A DNA stretch of 45,346 bases from an uncultured Clostridiaceae bacterium (GCA_964574195.1 CAZNMO010000009.1:1-45346); one strand, 5' to 3'; numbered from the stretch's first letter, positions 1 through 8,691 are shown. Notes: a model not told the origin generated them from the letters alone. Numbers and translations: made by a program.

Positions 1-343
1 TTAGTTTAGCATCTTTGTATATCGTAGCGTTGAATTGTCGTCCATCTTTTGAAAGAGACTTCTGCATTGGAGTAGCCCCAGTTATGTCTCTTTTCAAGAA
101 TTTCTTCCTGGCTTTCTTATATATGGACTTGTCAATGACATCCAGTTCACCTACACTATTACACACCAGGATTCCATCTGAACCAGCTTCCCCAAGGATT
201 TCATGCCGTTTACCGTTGGCTTGTATCATTAGAGCAACTTCAGTCCCTCCGATAGACTTATATACATCCATTACATACAACCAGTCTTCTTTTCTCCCGT
301 CGGACTGCGCTATATGTTTCGCAGATGTCCATAATACATCCAT
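1..343 (-). CDS. hypothetical protein (partial; C-terminus runs off the window start)
   Basis: ATG at 341-343 follows an AAGGGGGA SD just after the phoH stop. The frame stays open to position 1 (114 codons). Absent from the ORF track because there is no stop in the window. Confidence 0.55.
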   Translation of the reverse strand, partial: MDVLWTSAKHIAQSDGRKEDWLYVMDVYKSIGGTEVALMIQANGKRHEILGEAGSDGILVCNSVGELDVIDKSIYKKARKKFLKRDITGATPMQKSLSKDGRQFNATIYKDAKL

Positions 344-358
344 GTTGCGTATTCCCCC

Positions 359-1081
359 TTACAATTCATCCAGAGTTTCTTGGATTTTATCTGCCCATTG
401 GCTGATTTCTCCTCGGTAGTTGTTCAACAAAACACATTCCTTAGTAAACGACTTCTTCAACATATGGATTTTGTATGCTTGGAATGGAGTGTACCCGTAC
501 TTCTTAGTAAGCTCAACCCCTCGATTGTCCTGCTGTCCAGAGTGTCCAATAACAACTGCTTTACCGCCTTTGTCGTGGATACGAGTCAACAACAGTTGAA
601 GGTCAGAGATTTTACGAGCGTTCTGCGCTTCATCTATAATCACAAATGAGTGCTTCAGGTTTCGCCCACGCATTGTAGAATCTGTTGTTAAAACTAGTTG
701 CTCATTTTCACGCATATGCTCCATGGAGCGTTCGCTGACACTCAATTCCTCTATAGCGTCAAAGAATGGGAAGAACAGCTTTGATTCTTTCTCTTCAAGC
801 GTACCTGGTAGGAAACCTTGCTTCATGTAACGGTCATCTGGGAATCGAATGTAAACCAGTTGTTGGCAGATTCCTTTTCGTAGGAACTCAAAGCCCTGTT
901 GCACTGCAAGCGTCGTTTTACCTGTACCTGACGCTGCATCCACCCAAGTAACTGGATACTTTGTGATTGCCTTTTGATAAGCCGTTTGATATTCGTCTGG
1001 AGTGAAGCTCAGTTTTGTAAGATATGGATTGAAGTCATAATCCTCTTCTGTTCTGCTATTCATGCGCTTACGCTTTCCCAT
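359..1081 (-). CDS. phoH: PhoH-like ATPase
   Basis: Walker A AASGTGKTTLA, Walker B FVIIDEAQN, and a PhoH-like length. SD GGAGGAG lies upstream of the ATG. Confidence 0.85.
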   Translation of the reverse strand: MGKRKRMNSRTEEDYDFNPYLTKLSFTPDEYQTAYQKAITKYPVTWVDAASGTGKTTLAVQQGFEFLRKGICQQLVYIRFPDDRYMKQGFLPGTLEEKESKLFFPFFDAIEELSVSERSMEHMRENEQLVLTTDSTMRGRNLKHSFVIIDEAQNARKISDLQLLLTRIHDKGGKAVVIGHSGQQDNRGVELTKKYGYTPFQAYKIHMLKKSFTKECVLLNNYRGEISQWADKIQETLDEL

Positions 1082-1105
1082 AGCAACTCCTCCTAGCTTT
1101 CAGGG

Positions 1106-1143
1106 TAATAAAAAGAGCCATGGTTTTATACCACAGCTCTTTT
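1106..1143 (-). terminator. hairpin + T-run
   Basis: Stem AGAGC..GCTCT with an inner TGG/CCA pairing, followed by TTTTTATTA on the minus strand. Confidence 0.45.
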
Positions 1144-1178
1144 CTTACTTACAATATACAATTGATAGTAGTATTTTC

Positions 1179-1409
1179 TTAAAACACTACGTCGTCAAGG
1201 TCGTCAACTTGTTCGTTGTCGAAGTCTTGCCAACCTTTAACATCGTTTTGCTTTGTTAGGTCTGAAGCTACCCAAGCCAAATCTTTCATTTTTCCAGGAG
1301 TGAACAACGACTGTTTGTCATTGCTGTTGTCCTTCACAACGAATTTGGCTGTTTCGCCGTACTCACCATTCCAAAGCAAGAATGTATAACCAGTTGTTTT
1401 ACTAGCCAT
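1179..1409 (-). CDS. hypothetical protein
   Basis: ORF-track frame 1179..1427. I prefer the ATG at 1407-1409 (MASKTTGY) because GAAGGAGAG sits 7 nt upstream. Confidence 0.6.
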   Translation of the reverse strand: MASKTTGYTFLLWNGEYGETAKFVVKDNSNDKQSLFTPGKMKDLAWVASDLTKQNDVKGWQDFDNEQVDDLDDVVF

Positions 1410-1477
1410 AGTAAATCTCTCCTTCACCTCGTGGTTGCTTTTCTTGTTGACAATTTAGTACACGCCTGTTTTTTATT

Positions 1478-1609
1478 TTATTTCTTGAGGGTGAAGTCGT
1501 TGAAACGCTTGACTAGGTCAGGCTTTCCAATTGCTTTACTAGTATTGCAAGTATGAGACTTAACTTCACTATGCTGTAATTGCTTACGGCAGTGCGGGCA
1601 TTGATACAC
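1478..1609 (-). CDS. small Cys-rich (zinc-ribbon-like) protein, not in ORF track
   Basis: GTG start after AAGGGGG. Peptide is VYQCPHCRKQLQHSEVKSHTC... (43 aa). It fills the 1428-1622 gap. Confidence 0.35.
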   Translation of the reverse strand: MYQCPHCRKQLQHSEVKSHTCNTSKAIGKPDLVKRFNDFTLKK

Positions 1610-1622
1610 ATCAGTCACCCCC

Positions 1623-2351
1623 TTAGTTCAATATTGTTACAACTAAGTCTCGTCGTACACCGAACTCTTTTGCTCGGCTTGGACTATTGAAATATATGTC
1701 CAGTTTGTTGCCTTTGATAGCTCCACCTGTGTCTTCAGCTACATAATACCCGTTTATCGCAGGATATGAAGCTGAAGTAATATGAAGCTTGCTCCCAAGA
1801 GGAATGACACTTGGGTCTACAGCAACAGTTCTTCCTTCCACAGTGTTTGTACCAGTAGCTGTTATGCCCTTACCATTCATACCAGCGTCGTGATTTGTGT
1901 AGGCAGTCGCTCTCATGTAGATAGTCTTCCTGGCGCTCGTTGGGCTTCCCCCTCGACTAACGGTAGTTGCCTGAGCCCTAGTCTTTGGGGTATAGCTTAC
2001 CTGCTTCCTCTCCAACTCTTTCTTCTGATTTTGGAGTGTTTGATTCTGCTTCCTCAACTCTACAACCTTGGTTTGAAGGTCAGTCAAGGATTTCTGAAGC
2101 GTTTCGGCTTTCATACGCTCATCTTTCAGTTGGGTTTTAGTGCCTTCTAGCTCCTTATTGACGTTTCCAAGCTCTTTGACCGTCTTTTCCACTTGGAGCT
2201 TTACCTCACTAACTTCCTCTTGCGACTGTGATAAATTCTTCTGAGTTACCTCCAGCTCATTCTTTGTTCCTTGTTGAATGTAAAGGGTGAACCCATTTAG
2301 AATGACCATCAGACCCAATACTGAAGATAGAACTTTTGTGTTCCTCTGCAT
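1623..2351 (-). CDS. membrane-anchored coiled-coil protein with C-terminal 3D (YuiC/YabE-like) cell-wall hydrolase domain
   Basis: N-terminal TM (VLSSVLGLMVILNGF), a long Q/K/E coiled coil, and a C-terminal YMRATAYT..GITATGT..GRTVAVDPSVIPLGS..YVAEDTGGAIKGNKLDIYF. Start moved to the ATG at 2349-2351 after AAAGGAGGA. Confidence 0.75.
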   Translation of the reverse strand: MQRNTKVLSSVLGLMVILNGFTLYIQQGTKNELEVTQKNLSQSQEEVSEVKLQVEKTVKELGNVNKELEGTKTQLKDERMKAETLQKSLTDLQTKVVELRKQNQTLQNQKKELERKQVSYTPKTRAQATTVSRGGSPTSARKTIYMRATAYTNHDAGMNGKGITATGTNTVEGRTVAVDPSVIPLGSKLHITSASYPAINGYYVAEDTGGAIKGNKLDIYFNSPSRAKEFGVRRDLVVTILN

Positions 2352-2460
2352 TTCAGTCCTCCTTTGGCGTGTACAAAAGAATATCCAGAGAAGGCTTGTT
2401 TTCACTTGTACCCTGTCGCTGTAGCAACGGGCTGTTGTGTTAGTAAAACCGCCTTACAAC

Positions 2461-2493
2461 TAATAAAAGGCGTTGGTTTGAAAGTTCTCTCCT
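2461..2493 (-). promoter_or_regulatory. class-II bipartite motif AGGAGA-N19-TTTTATTA
   Basis: Minus strand reads AGGAGAGAACTT...TTTTATTA. It abuts the upstream stop and precedes the 3D-hydrolase gene. Confidence 0.4.
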
Positions 2494-2495
2494 AA

Positions 2496-2696
2496 CTAAT
2501 CATAATAACCATCCGTTGACATCTTTTTCTTCTGCTTACTCAAAAAGGTTCTTGTTTCTACTAGCTCAGTGAGCTTTCCTATAAGTTCATCAACCCACAA
2601 AGTATCTCCCAAGTTCTTTGCTGTATGTAACAGCAATAAACTCTCCTCGATTTCTTCATTGACAGTCATCGGCATTTTCTTGTCGTGTTTCGCCAT
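2496..2696 (-). CDS. hypothetical protein
   Basis: ATG at 2694-2696 (MAKHDKK) after AAGGGGAGGGA. The longer track ORF (to 2777) would read through a terminator-like hairpin. Confidence 0.55.
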   Translation of the reverse strand: MAKHDKKMPMTVNEEIEESLLLLHTAKNLGDTLWVDELIGKLTELVETRTFLSKQKKKMSTDGYYD

Positions 2697-2787
2697 AGCA
2701 GTCCCTCCCCTTGTATGAGTTAGCAATAATATGTATAAAGTTCTCCAAAGATTATAAAAATAAAAAGCAGGAGGCAATCGCCCCCTG

Positions 2788-3168
2788 CTACCAAAACTTA
2801 AACATTCTTTTCACTTCACTCTTAACCGATTGTGGTATTTCCATACCAGAAGGTTTCCCAGATACCAAGCTCTTTGCCTTTTGAAATACATAATCAGGAC
2901 TATCCTTTGGCGCTTTCATGAAATTAAGGTCGTTTGCTGTGCCTTTTGAACCTTCCTTGAAGCTACTCCAAGCCCTACTTGCAAAGCTTCCTAGCAGCTT
3001 TCTCCCAGCTCTCCCACGGTGTTGTCTAGTTCGCACCTCGTATTCACCAGGCTCTGGGTTATTGGATTTTATTTCCTTCCAAGCTTCTCCCATGTAATCT
3101 GCAGGTTTTCCGCCGTACTCCTCAGCCATTTCCCTCGCTCGGATACAAACTTCAACTCTGTTACTCAT
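2788..3168 (-). CDS. hypothetical protein
   Basis: ORF with AAAGGAGGAA SD. No recognisable motif. Confidence 0.6.
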   Translation of the reverse strand: MSNRVEVCIRAREMAEEYGGKPADYMGEAWKEIKSNNPEPGEYEVRTRQHRGRAGRKLLGSFASRAWSSFKEGSKGTANDLNFMKAPKDSPDYVFQKAKSLVSGKPSGMEIPQSVKSEVKRMFKFW

Positions 3169-3223
3169 AGATTCCTCCTTTCGGTTTGTATATCTTATTC
3201 CAATTGACGGTTAAAAATAACCA

Positions 3224-3250
3224 AAATAAAAAGGAGCTTTTCAGCCCCTT
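3224..3250 (-). terminator. rho-independent terminator after the holin
   Basis: Minus strand reads GGGGCUgaaaAGCUCC followed by UUUUUAUUUU. Confidence 0.6.
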
Positions 3251-3259
3251 TAATAGTCG

Positions 3260-3514
3260 CTATTTGCGACGTTTTACCAGTTCGCTATCCTCAGCGCCTG
3301 GAGTAGTTGGGTCAACTACGATACCCAGACCAGCAAGGATAACAAGAACTAGGTTGACGATACCCATAACACCGTCAATCATGTCATCTGAAATTGTGTA
3401 ATCAAAACCGAAGTTTTGGGACAAGAATGCTGTCACCAGTTGCGCTAACAAAAGAATTTGAGATACAAAGCTGGCTACAAATAGCTTGTTGCGGAATCGT
3501 ACTTTTAAGTTCAT
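3260..3514 (-). CDS. holin (phi-LC3 / Phage_holin_1-like)
   Basis: 84 aa with two TM segments, signature GIVVDPTTPGAEDS and a charged C-terminus. It lies immediately downstream of the endolysin. Confidence 0.8.
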   Translation of the reverse strand: MNLKVRFRNKLFVASFVSQILLLAQLVTAFLSQNFGFDYTISDDMIDGVMGIVNLVLVILAGLGIVVDPTTPGAEDSELVKRRK

Positions 3515-3526
3515 AGTTGTTCCCTC

Positions 3527-4456
3527 CTATCCTGGAATATTGATTTTTTGACCAATCTGTAACTTACTTGGATTCAAACCAGGGTTGATAGACTGGATAG
3601 CCCCAACCGTAGTTCGGAACTCACGTGACAAGTCCCAGAGCGTATCACCTTTTTGAATTGCGTACATCTTGTACGACGGCGCTGCTTTAATGCGGATTTT
3701 CGCCCCCACTTGCAGCTTTTCAGGTACAACCGTTGGGTTCAGTTTCTTCAACTGGTCAACAGACACTTTCGTTTGTTGAGAAATACCCCAGAACGTGTCG
3801 CCCTTTTTAATTGTGTAGAATTCACCCGTAACGGCTGGAGTCGTTGGCTTTGTAGGATTTGTTGGAGTTGTAGGTGTCGAACCTCCTGCAACATATTTCA
3901 CGCCGTAAGCTTCACAAAGTCCTTTCGCTAACTCAATAGCGCATTCCTTACGGTAGGCTTCACTCATCAATAGTTTAGCTTCTTCCATGTTGTCCATGAA
4001 TCCGCATTCTACGAGAGCTGCTGGCATAGTTGTATTAGCTACAACGTATAACCATCTGCCATCCTTCATACCACGGTCTCTGAGCTTAGTTCCTTGCATC
4101 AGATACTTGTGTAGAATCTTACCAATTCGAAGAGATTCACCACTGCCCCATGTTAAGGTTTCAATACCGCCCCAACTTCCCCAAGAGCCTGTATTGGCAT
4201 TAGCATGCACAGACAAATAGAAATCTGCTTTCGCATTGTTCGCCGTTTTAACTCTTGTCGCAAGAGGAACATCTGTATCACCAGGAGCAACAAGTACAGT
4301 ACGGAATCCACAGCGTTTCAACTCAATATCAAGTAGGGCAACCACACGACGGTTGAATTCATTCTCTTTCATGAACGTACCGTCAGAAAACTTTGGTGTT
4401 CTTTTCCCTGGCGTTTCCATGCCATGTCCGTCGTCAAGAGCAATCAACTTTGTCAT
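3527..4456 (-). CDS. endolysin: N-acetylmuramoyl-L-alanine amidase (Amidase_3) with two C-terminal LysM repeats
   Basis: LDDGHGMETPGKR, YLSVHANA and ALVECGFMDN (Amidase_3 motifs). A T/P linker is followed by two LysM repeats (YTIKKGDTFWGIS.., YAIQKGDTLWDLS..). Confidence 0.9.
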   Translation of the reverse strand: MTKLIALDDGHGMETPGKRTPKFSDGTFMKENEFNRRVVALLDIELKRCGFRTVLVAPGDTDVPLATRVKTANNAKADFYLSVHANANTGSWGSWGGIETLTWGSGESLRIGKILHKYLMQGTKLRDRGMKDGRWLYVVANTTMPAALVECGFMDNMEEAKLLMSEAYRKECAIELAKGLCEAYGVKYVAGGSTPTTPTNPTKPTTPAVTGEFYTIKKGDTFWGISQQTKVSVDQLKKLNPTVVPEKLQVGAKIRIKAAPSYKMYAIQKGDTLWDLSREFRTTVGAIQSINPGLNPSKLQIGQKINIPG

Positions 4457-4529
4457 AGTTTCACACCTCCAAAATCTTAGTCAGTAAAGAATATAGAGGT
4501 CAAACCATAATTCTTTTCGGTGTTTCGTC

Positions 4530-4629
4530 GTTTTATGGGCGTAGCTTTATTTACGTAGTAAATAACTTTATGTTATTTGCATATTCATTAATATGTTTTA
4601 TTATCATATGTATTAATTAGTATTATATG
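4530..4629. repeat. ~100-bp AT-rich element, copy 1 (upstream of endolysin)
   Basis: 72 nt are identical to 18469-18540, then 26 of 30 match. Lies between terminator 4688-4723 and the endolysin start at 4456. Confidence 0.9.
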
Positions 4630-4687
4630 TCTTTTGATACGGGGGAAAATTTTACGTACCAACTCATAGGACACACATAAATTTCTC

Positions 4688-4723
4688 CATAGAAAAGGAG
4701 CTATGAGGGTGTCATAGCTCCTT
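4688..4723 (-). terminator. rho-independent terminator
   Basis: 12-bp stem AAGGAGCTATGA/TCATAGCTCCTT followed by TTTCTATGG. Confidence 0.7.
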
Positions 4724-4726
4724 GGG

Positions 4727-4918
4727 TTAAATCTTGTGGAAATATTCTACATTCTCAAGAACCATTTGGACTTCCTGAGTCATAGCCTCATCCAGATACG
4801 CCGTAATTACAGAAGCCCCTCTTGCATTCGATGCGTTGATATACGCTCGGAACGCCGTTTCATTGTCTCCACGATACAAAATAGTGCCACTAGTCATAAA
4901 GATTTTCACCTTGTTCAT
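4727..4918 (-). CDS. hypothetical protein
   Basis: A single-gene unit: promoter-like site at 4969-4996 upstream and a strong hairpin terminator at 4688-4723 downstream. Confidence 0.6.
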   Translation of the reverse strand: MNKVKIFMTSGTILYRGDNETAFRAYINASNARGASVITAYLDEAMTQEVQMVLENVEYFHKI

Positions 4919-4968
4919 CTACTCAACCCCCTGCTTGAATTTTAAGGCTGATAAATCTCGCCTTGGGT

Positions 4969-4996
4969 ATTTTATCAGAATATAATATAACGTCAA
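4969..4996 (-). promoter_or_regulatory. sigma-A-type promoter TTGACG-N16-TAAAAT
   Basis: -35 at 4991-4996 and -10 at 4969-4974, read on the minus strand. Confidence 0.4.
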
Positions 4997-5029
4997 AACC
5001 TGTTCAATTATTTTTGGTCTAGCTCCATA

Positions 5030-5149
5030 CTAAGAGTCTTGAAGTCGCTTATTATCTCTAAGCGACTCCCTCAGTAGTAAAATGCTAGCAACCAGACAAC
5101 CAATAGTCACAGGAATTGAAGTCACTAATAGAATCCAGTATATGTTCAT
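5030..5149 (-). CDS. small membrane peptide (39 aa)
   Basis: ATG at 5147-5149 after GGGGG. Peptide MNIYWILLVTSIPVTIGCLVASILLL has one TM. The longer track ORF overlaps the helicase 3' end. Confidence 0.35.
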   Translation of the reverse strand: MNIYWILLVTSIPVTIGCLVASILLLRESLRDNKRLQDS

Positions 5150-5153
5150 AATC

Positions 5154-7739
5154 TTATGCCCCCAATATAGCTCTAATGTCAGACAAGGATAAACGCTCTG
5201 CAGATAAGTCTTGTTCCACGTTACCTTGAGCTGAACCAGCAGAACCTTTTCCAAGCAGCTCCTCGATAACTGATACTTTGATTCCTAGCTTTGAACGCTT
5301 TGTGTCCTCCACAGTGTTAGTGATAATCGGCGTTAAGAAGTTTGCGTGGTCGCTAGGTTGTCCCTGACGTAGTACACGCCCTTCACGTTGAGTGATAGAT
5401 TTTGGAACCCAAGGAACATCCAGGTGGATAAGTGTATGAGCGCCGTGTTGTAAGTTTACACCCTCTTCAGCAGCGTTTGTACATAACACAACTTGAATCT
5501 CTCCTGTTTTCATTTTATCCTGAACCTTTGTACGTTCTGCTGGTTTAACGTCCCCAGTAATGAAAGCAATCTTGGAAGCTTCAACCTTCTGGTCGATAAG
5601 TCCTTGACGAATTTTCTCTAATGGTAACTTCATATCACAGAATAGAACCATACCACGGTTTGCAGAATCCTTTAGGTGTTCCGTGATAGTGTTAACAGCC
5701 CACTCTTCTTTCGGATAAAGCTTTGACATATTGATTTTCGAACTATCTGTCTGTAACATATCTGGGTCAATCGCTACCTGTTCAAGGCGCTTCATCTTAG
5801 CAAGAATCATAGGAGCTGACGCCTTGATTCCAGCGTTCTCCATAGACTTGATTTCTGACAGAATGTTGTTCTGAATTGTTTGGTACATTTTGTACTGTTC
5901 TTTCGTCATTTCCAGATTGTACGTAGTGTGTCGCTCTTTCGGTAACTTAGAGTTTACATCTGAGCTGTTATGAGTTCTAATGAAAGCCACGTCGTGCATT
6001 TCAGCTTGTAGTTTGTCGAGATTCTTCAGCGCTACCGCTTTTGAGCCATATCCATCACTTTCCCATTCTACAAAACGGCGTCCAAAGTCTTTCGCCCAAG
6101 TGCCTACCTTGTCTGGACGCAAGTGGTGAAGAATATTGTATGTTTCTTTCGGCTGTCCATTTGGAAACGGCGTAGCTGTTAAGAACCACATATACTTAGC
6201 ATCTTTCCACGTTTCAGTAAACCCTTTAGTCTGTTGCGTGTTGTTTTTCAACTTGTGAGCCTCATCGCCTACAACGCAGTTTGGCGCTAACTTTTTAAGC
6301 TTCTTAGTGATTGTTGCTTTTCTCAACATTTCGTAGTTCACAATAATAACTTGTGCTTTCTCCGCTTCCTCCCAAGCCAGTTTCGCTTTGTTAACACTGT
6401 TCAGCGTGCTAGACTCAAGAACGCAAGCTTTCATATTCGAAAAGTTCTCAATTTCTTTCTTCCAGTTGAATTTAACAGAAGACGGCGCAACAACGATTGC
6501 CCTCTTGATTTCCTTGTTATTGATAAGCTCTCGTATAGCTGTGATAGCTGTTAGCGTTTTCCCTAAACCTACCGCAAGTCCAGCTATGGCTTTTCTGTTC
6601 TGTATAATGAATCGAACGCCCTTTTTCTGGTGGTCGTACAGACTCAACAAAGGGTTCATACCTTTCGGCATTTTGAAGTCGCTGATGTCTATGTCCTCGT
6701 TGTTCTTGATTCGCTCTATAGGCTTTAGTCCCTGAATTAAGTCTTTAACAAGTTTGTCTATGTTGGAAATCTTTTCCATAACTGCTTTGACAGTCGGCGC
6801 TATCTTGGCTGCTATCTCGAAGTTTCGGAACGCTGATGTAACATTTATCACTTCTTTAAAAGGAACGTACCATTTCTTTTCAGGCGTGTCGAACCTTGCA
6901 TTGAACTCTTTTATTTTCTCTTTGTCTCCAAAATTACTGTCCAACTTCACCCAGTTACCTGGACCAAATTCAGATTTTGGAGTTATATCAACTAGGCGGA
7001 TATGACCAGAAGCTATGTCCTCTTTACCCCAACTGTTTATAGTAGTCTTTACACCTTCCCCAACCACGAACGCACCATCCACTGTAGCTGTCTTCAGTCC
7101 CAGTTTCTGATAAAGTTGTTCAATCTTTGGAGCTGAACTTTTCGATTCAACAGGCTTTGTAATCTCGGTAGTTGTCAGAGTCTTTCCAGATATACTGTAA
7201 CCGCTTCCGCTTTCAAGTCGTTTTCCAATCGCCATAGCGCAGCGCATCCAGTCTACCTTTAGAGAGCTTCTGTCCCAAGTAATACCTTGTTTTACAGCGT
7301 CTTCCATTATGAATAATCGTTGTTCTGTTGTAAGCTTCTTACAAAAATCTTTGAACTCGTCTCTTGTTTTGAAGCTTCCTTCTACTCCAGCGCTCTGTTT
7401 AGGTTGAGCAGCTACCTTGTCAACTCCAGACTTGAAAGCTGGAAGAGAAAATGTTTCGCCGTTATTCAGGTGCTTCCCTATGGCCATAGCACATTGCATC
7501 CAAGTAGTTTTCCAAGCTGAAGTCTTTGGGAAGTGTATTCCTGACTGTTCGGCGTAGTCCATAACCTCTTGCCTTTGTTCAGTCGATAGCTTCTTACAGA
7601 AGTCTTTGAACTCAGCCTTATTCTGGAATGTTCTGATTGTACCGTACTTCTCAGCTTCCTGCTGTGGTACTTGGAATGTTTGAAGTTCAGGCTTCCCATT
7701 TTGATAAACGATTTTCTGTACAGTCACTAGGTTTGACAA
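5154..7739 (-). CDS. SNF2-family helicase/ATPase with duplicated N-terminal domain
   Basis: Motif I GLAVGLGKTLTAI, motif II GDEAHKLKN, and C-terminal helicase motifs LIHLDVPWVP..QREGRVLRQGQ. TTG start after GAGAGGTGA. Confidence 0.9.
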   Translation of the reverse strand: MSNLVTVQKIVYQNGKPELQTFQVPQQEAEKYGTIRTFQNKAEFKDFCKKLSTEQRQEVMDYAEQSGIHFPKTSAWKTTWMQCAMAIGKHLNNGETFSLPAFKSGVDKVAAQPKQSAGVEGSFKTRDEFKDFCKKLTTEQRLFIMEDAVKQGITWDRSSLKVDWMRCAMAIGKRLESGSGYSISGKTLTTTEITKPVESKSSAPKIEQLYQKLGLKTATVDGAFVVGEGVKTTINSWGKEDIASGHIRLVDITPKSEFGPGNWVKLDSNFGDKEKIKEFNARFDTPEKKWYVPFKEVINVTSAFRNFEIAAKIAPTVKAVMEKISNIDKLVKDLIQGLKPIERIKNNEDIDISDFKMPKGMNPLLSLYDHQKKGVRFIIQNRKAIAGLAVGLGKTLTAITAIRELINNKEIKRAIVVAPSSVKFNWKKEIENFSNMKACVLESSTLNSVNKAKLAWEEAEKAQVIIVNYEMLRKATITKKLKKLAPNCVVGDEAHKLKNNTQQTKGFTETWKDAKYMWFLTATPFPNGQPKETYNILHHLRPDKVGTWAKDFGRRFVEWESDGYGSKAVALKNLDKLQAEMHDVAFIRTHNSSDVNSKLPKERHTTYNLEMTKEQYKMYQTIQNNILSEIKSMENAGIKASAPMILAKMKRLEQVAIDPDMLQTDSSKINMSKLYPKEEWAVNTITEHLKDSANRGMVLFCDMKLPLEKIRQGLIDQKVEASKIAFITGDVKPAERTKVQDKMKTGEIQVVLCTNAAEEGVNLQHGAHTLIHLDVPWVPKSITQREGRVLRQGQPSDHANFLTPIITNTVEDTKRSKLGIKVSVIEELLGKGSAGSAQGNVEQDLSAERLSLSDIRAILGA
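7215..7613 (-). repeat. in-frame tandem duplication inside the SNF2 N-terminus
   Basis: aa 43-91 (EFKDFCKKLSTEQRQEVMDYAEQSGI..W..WMQCAMAIGKHL) against aa 128-175 (EFKDFCKKLTTEQRLFIMEDAVKQGI..W..WMRCAMAIGKRL). Confidence 0.85.
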
Positions 7740-7856
7740 GATTTTTCACCTCTCTCACTTATTTTTCCTTTGTTGTGGTATTGTTCCGTTCACTAGTCCC
7801 ATATAGCCGTTCTCCCTTTATTGTATACTTTACCGCTCAGGCTTATACCCTTGATA

Positions 7857-7888
7857 TAAATAAAGAGGGTGAATTGAAGTTCACTCCA
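7857..7888 (-). promoter_or_regulatory. class-II motif TGGAGT-N18-TTTATTTA
   Basis: In tandem with sigma-A promoter 7898-7926, upstream of the SNF2 gene. Confidence 0.45.
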
Positions 7889-7897
7889 ACTAGCTCA

Positions 7898-7926
7898 AGC
7901 ATATAGTAAATAATTACAACGGTCAA
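7898..7926 (-). promoter_or_regulatory. sigma-A-type promoter TTGACC-N17-TATGCT
   Basis: -35 at 7921-7926 followed by GTTGT, and -10 at 7898-7903. Lies upstream of the SNF2 gene. Confidence 0.55.
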
Positions 7927-7936
7927 GTGTTTTGGA

Positions 7937-7965
7937 CAAAATAAAGAGCCTGTTTTCACAGGCTC
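7937..7965 (-). terminator. rho-independent terminator
   Basis: GAGCCTG-tgaaaa-CAGGCTC followed by TTTATTTTG. The hairpin spans the stop codon. Confidence 0.6.
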
Positions 7966-8468
7966 AGTTCAGCATATAATTCATCGACTAACTTTTGGTC
8001 AACTACAGGCTCAGGAGCTTTGATTGCTTTACGCTCTGAAACTATAACGGGTTCAGCTTTCTTCTCTTCTTCAATGTCCAGGAACACTCCTGTTTCTTCA
8101 ATCGCTATGTGCGCCCGTGGAAGCCAACCTTCCCAAGTGACGTTGTTCATATTCTGTTTTAGCTCCTGATACCATTTGTCCAACATTTCTTTTGGCATAG
8201 GACTCTCGTGATAGTGTTTTCCGCACTCTGGTCCAATACCAACCAACAAGGACACTGGATGAGTCAGCTGTCTACCACAATGGAAACATACACCAGCTGG
8301 CTGTGGCTTTCCTTTCATCTTTACATATACGCCGTTGGGCGTCTCTTGAGTAATGTACCCAAACATAACTCGCATAGGCACAGGCGCTTTATCTCTGTAC
8401 TGCGGATTTGTACTTGGCTTTGTTAAGAATTGTCTAACACTGATTTTAAATTCCTTTACTCTTTTCAC
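7956..8468 (-). CDS. hypothetical Zn-binding protein (CxxC...GIGPxC motif)
   Basis: Motif CFHCGRQLTHPVSLLVGIGPECGK. Start moved to the GTG at 8466-8468, because the track N-terminus would overlap promoter 8503-8531 and the conserved RBS cassette. Confidence 0.6.
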   Translation of the reverse strand: MKRVKEFKISVRQFLTKPSTNPQYRDKAPVPMRVMFGYITQETPNGVYVKMKGKPQPAGVCFHCGRQLTHPVSLLVGIGPECGKHYHESPMPKEMLDKWYQELKQNMNNVTWEGWLPRAHIAIEETGVFLDIEEEKKAEPVIVSERKAIKAPEPVVDQKLVDELYAELSL

Positions 8469-8502
8469 TATAATCTCTCCTTTTATCTCGGTTACAATCT
8501 CA

Positions 8503-8531
8503 ATCATAATACTATTGGGCACAACCGTCAA
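8503..8531 (-). promoter_or_regulatory. cassette sigma-A-type promoter TTGACG-N17-TATGAT
   Basis: -35 at 8526-8531 (TTGACGGTTGT) and -10 at 8503-8508. Confidence 0.65.
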
Positions 8532-8588
8532 GAATAAAGAGGAAATGCCCCCTCATATTTCCTGTTGAAGTTCACTTCATTCTAAGAT

Positions 8589-8617
8589 ATTATAGTAAGT
8601 GGGTTCGCACAGCCCAA
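8589..8617 (-). promoter_or_regulatory. sigma-A-type promoter TTGGGC-N17-TATAAT
   Basis: Perfect -10 at 8589-8594 and weaker -35 at 8612-8617. Confidence 0.4.
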
Positions 8618-8691
8618 TTCCCTATCCAACATTTTGTGGAGGCAAAGAGCAATCTTTGTCTCTCTTTTTGGTTAAAAGAAAAGAAGCCCTT

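Noticed and set aside
15-419. Plus-strand ORF (134 aa) at the window start
   Set aside because: It lies antisense to a minus-strand ORF that has an SD and ATG at 341-343. It has no SD and a low-complexity composition. All supported genes are on the minus strand.
4474-4503. TTGACC-N18-TAAGAT promoter-like site immediately upstream of the endolysin
   Set aside because: The predicted transcription start would fall inside or after the endolysin SD (GGAGG at 4466-4470), giving a transcript without an RBS. This is probably a chance match.
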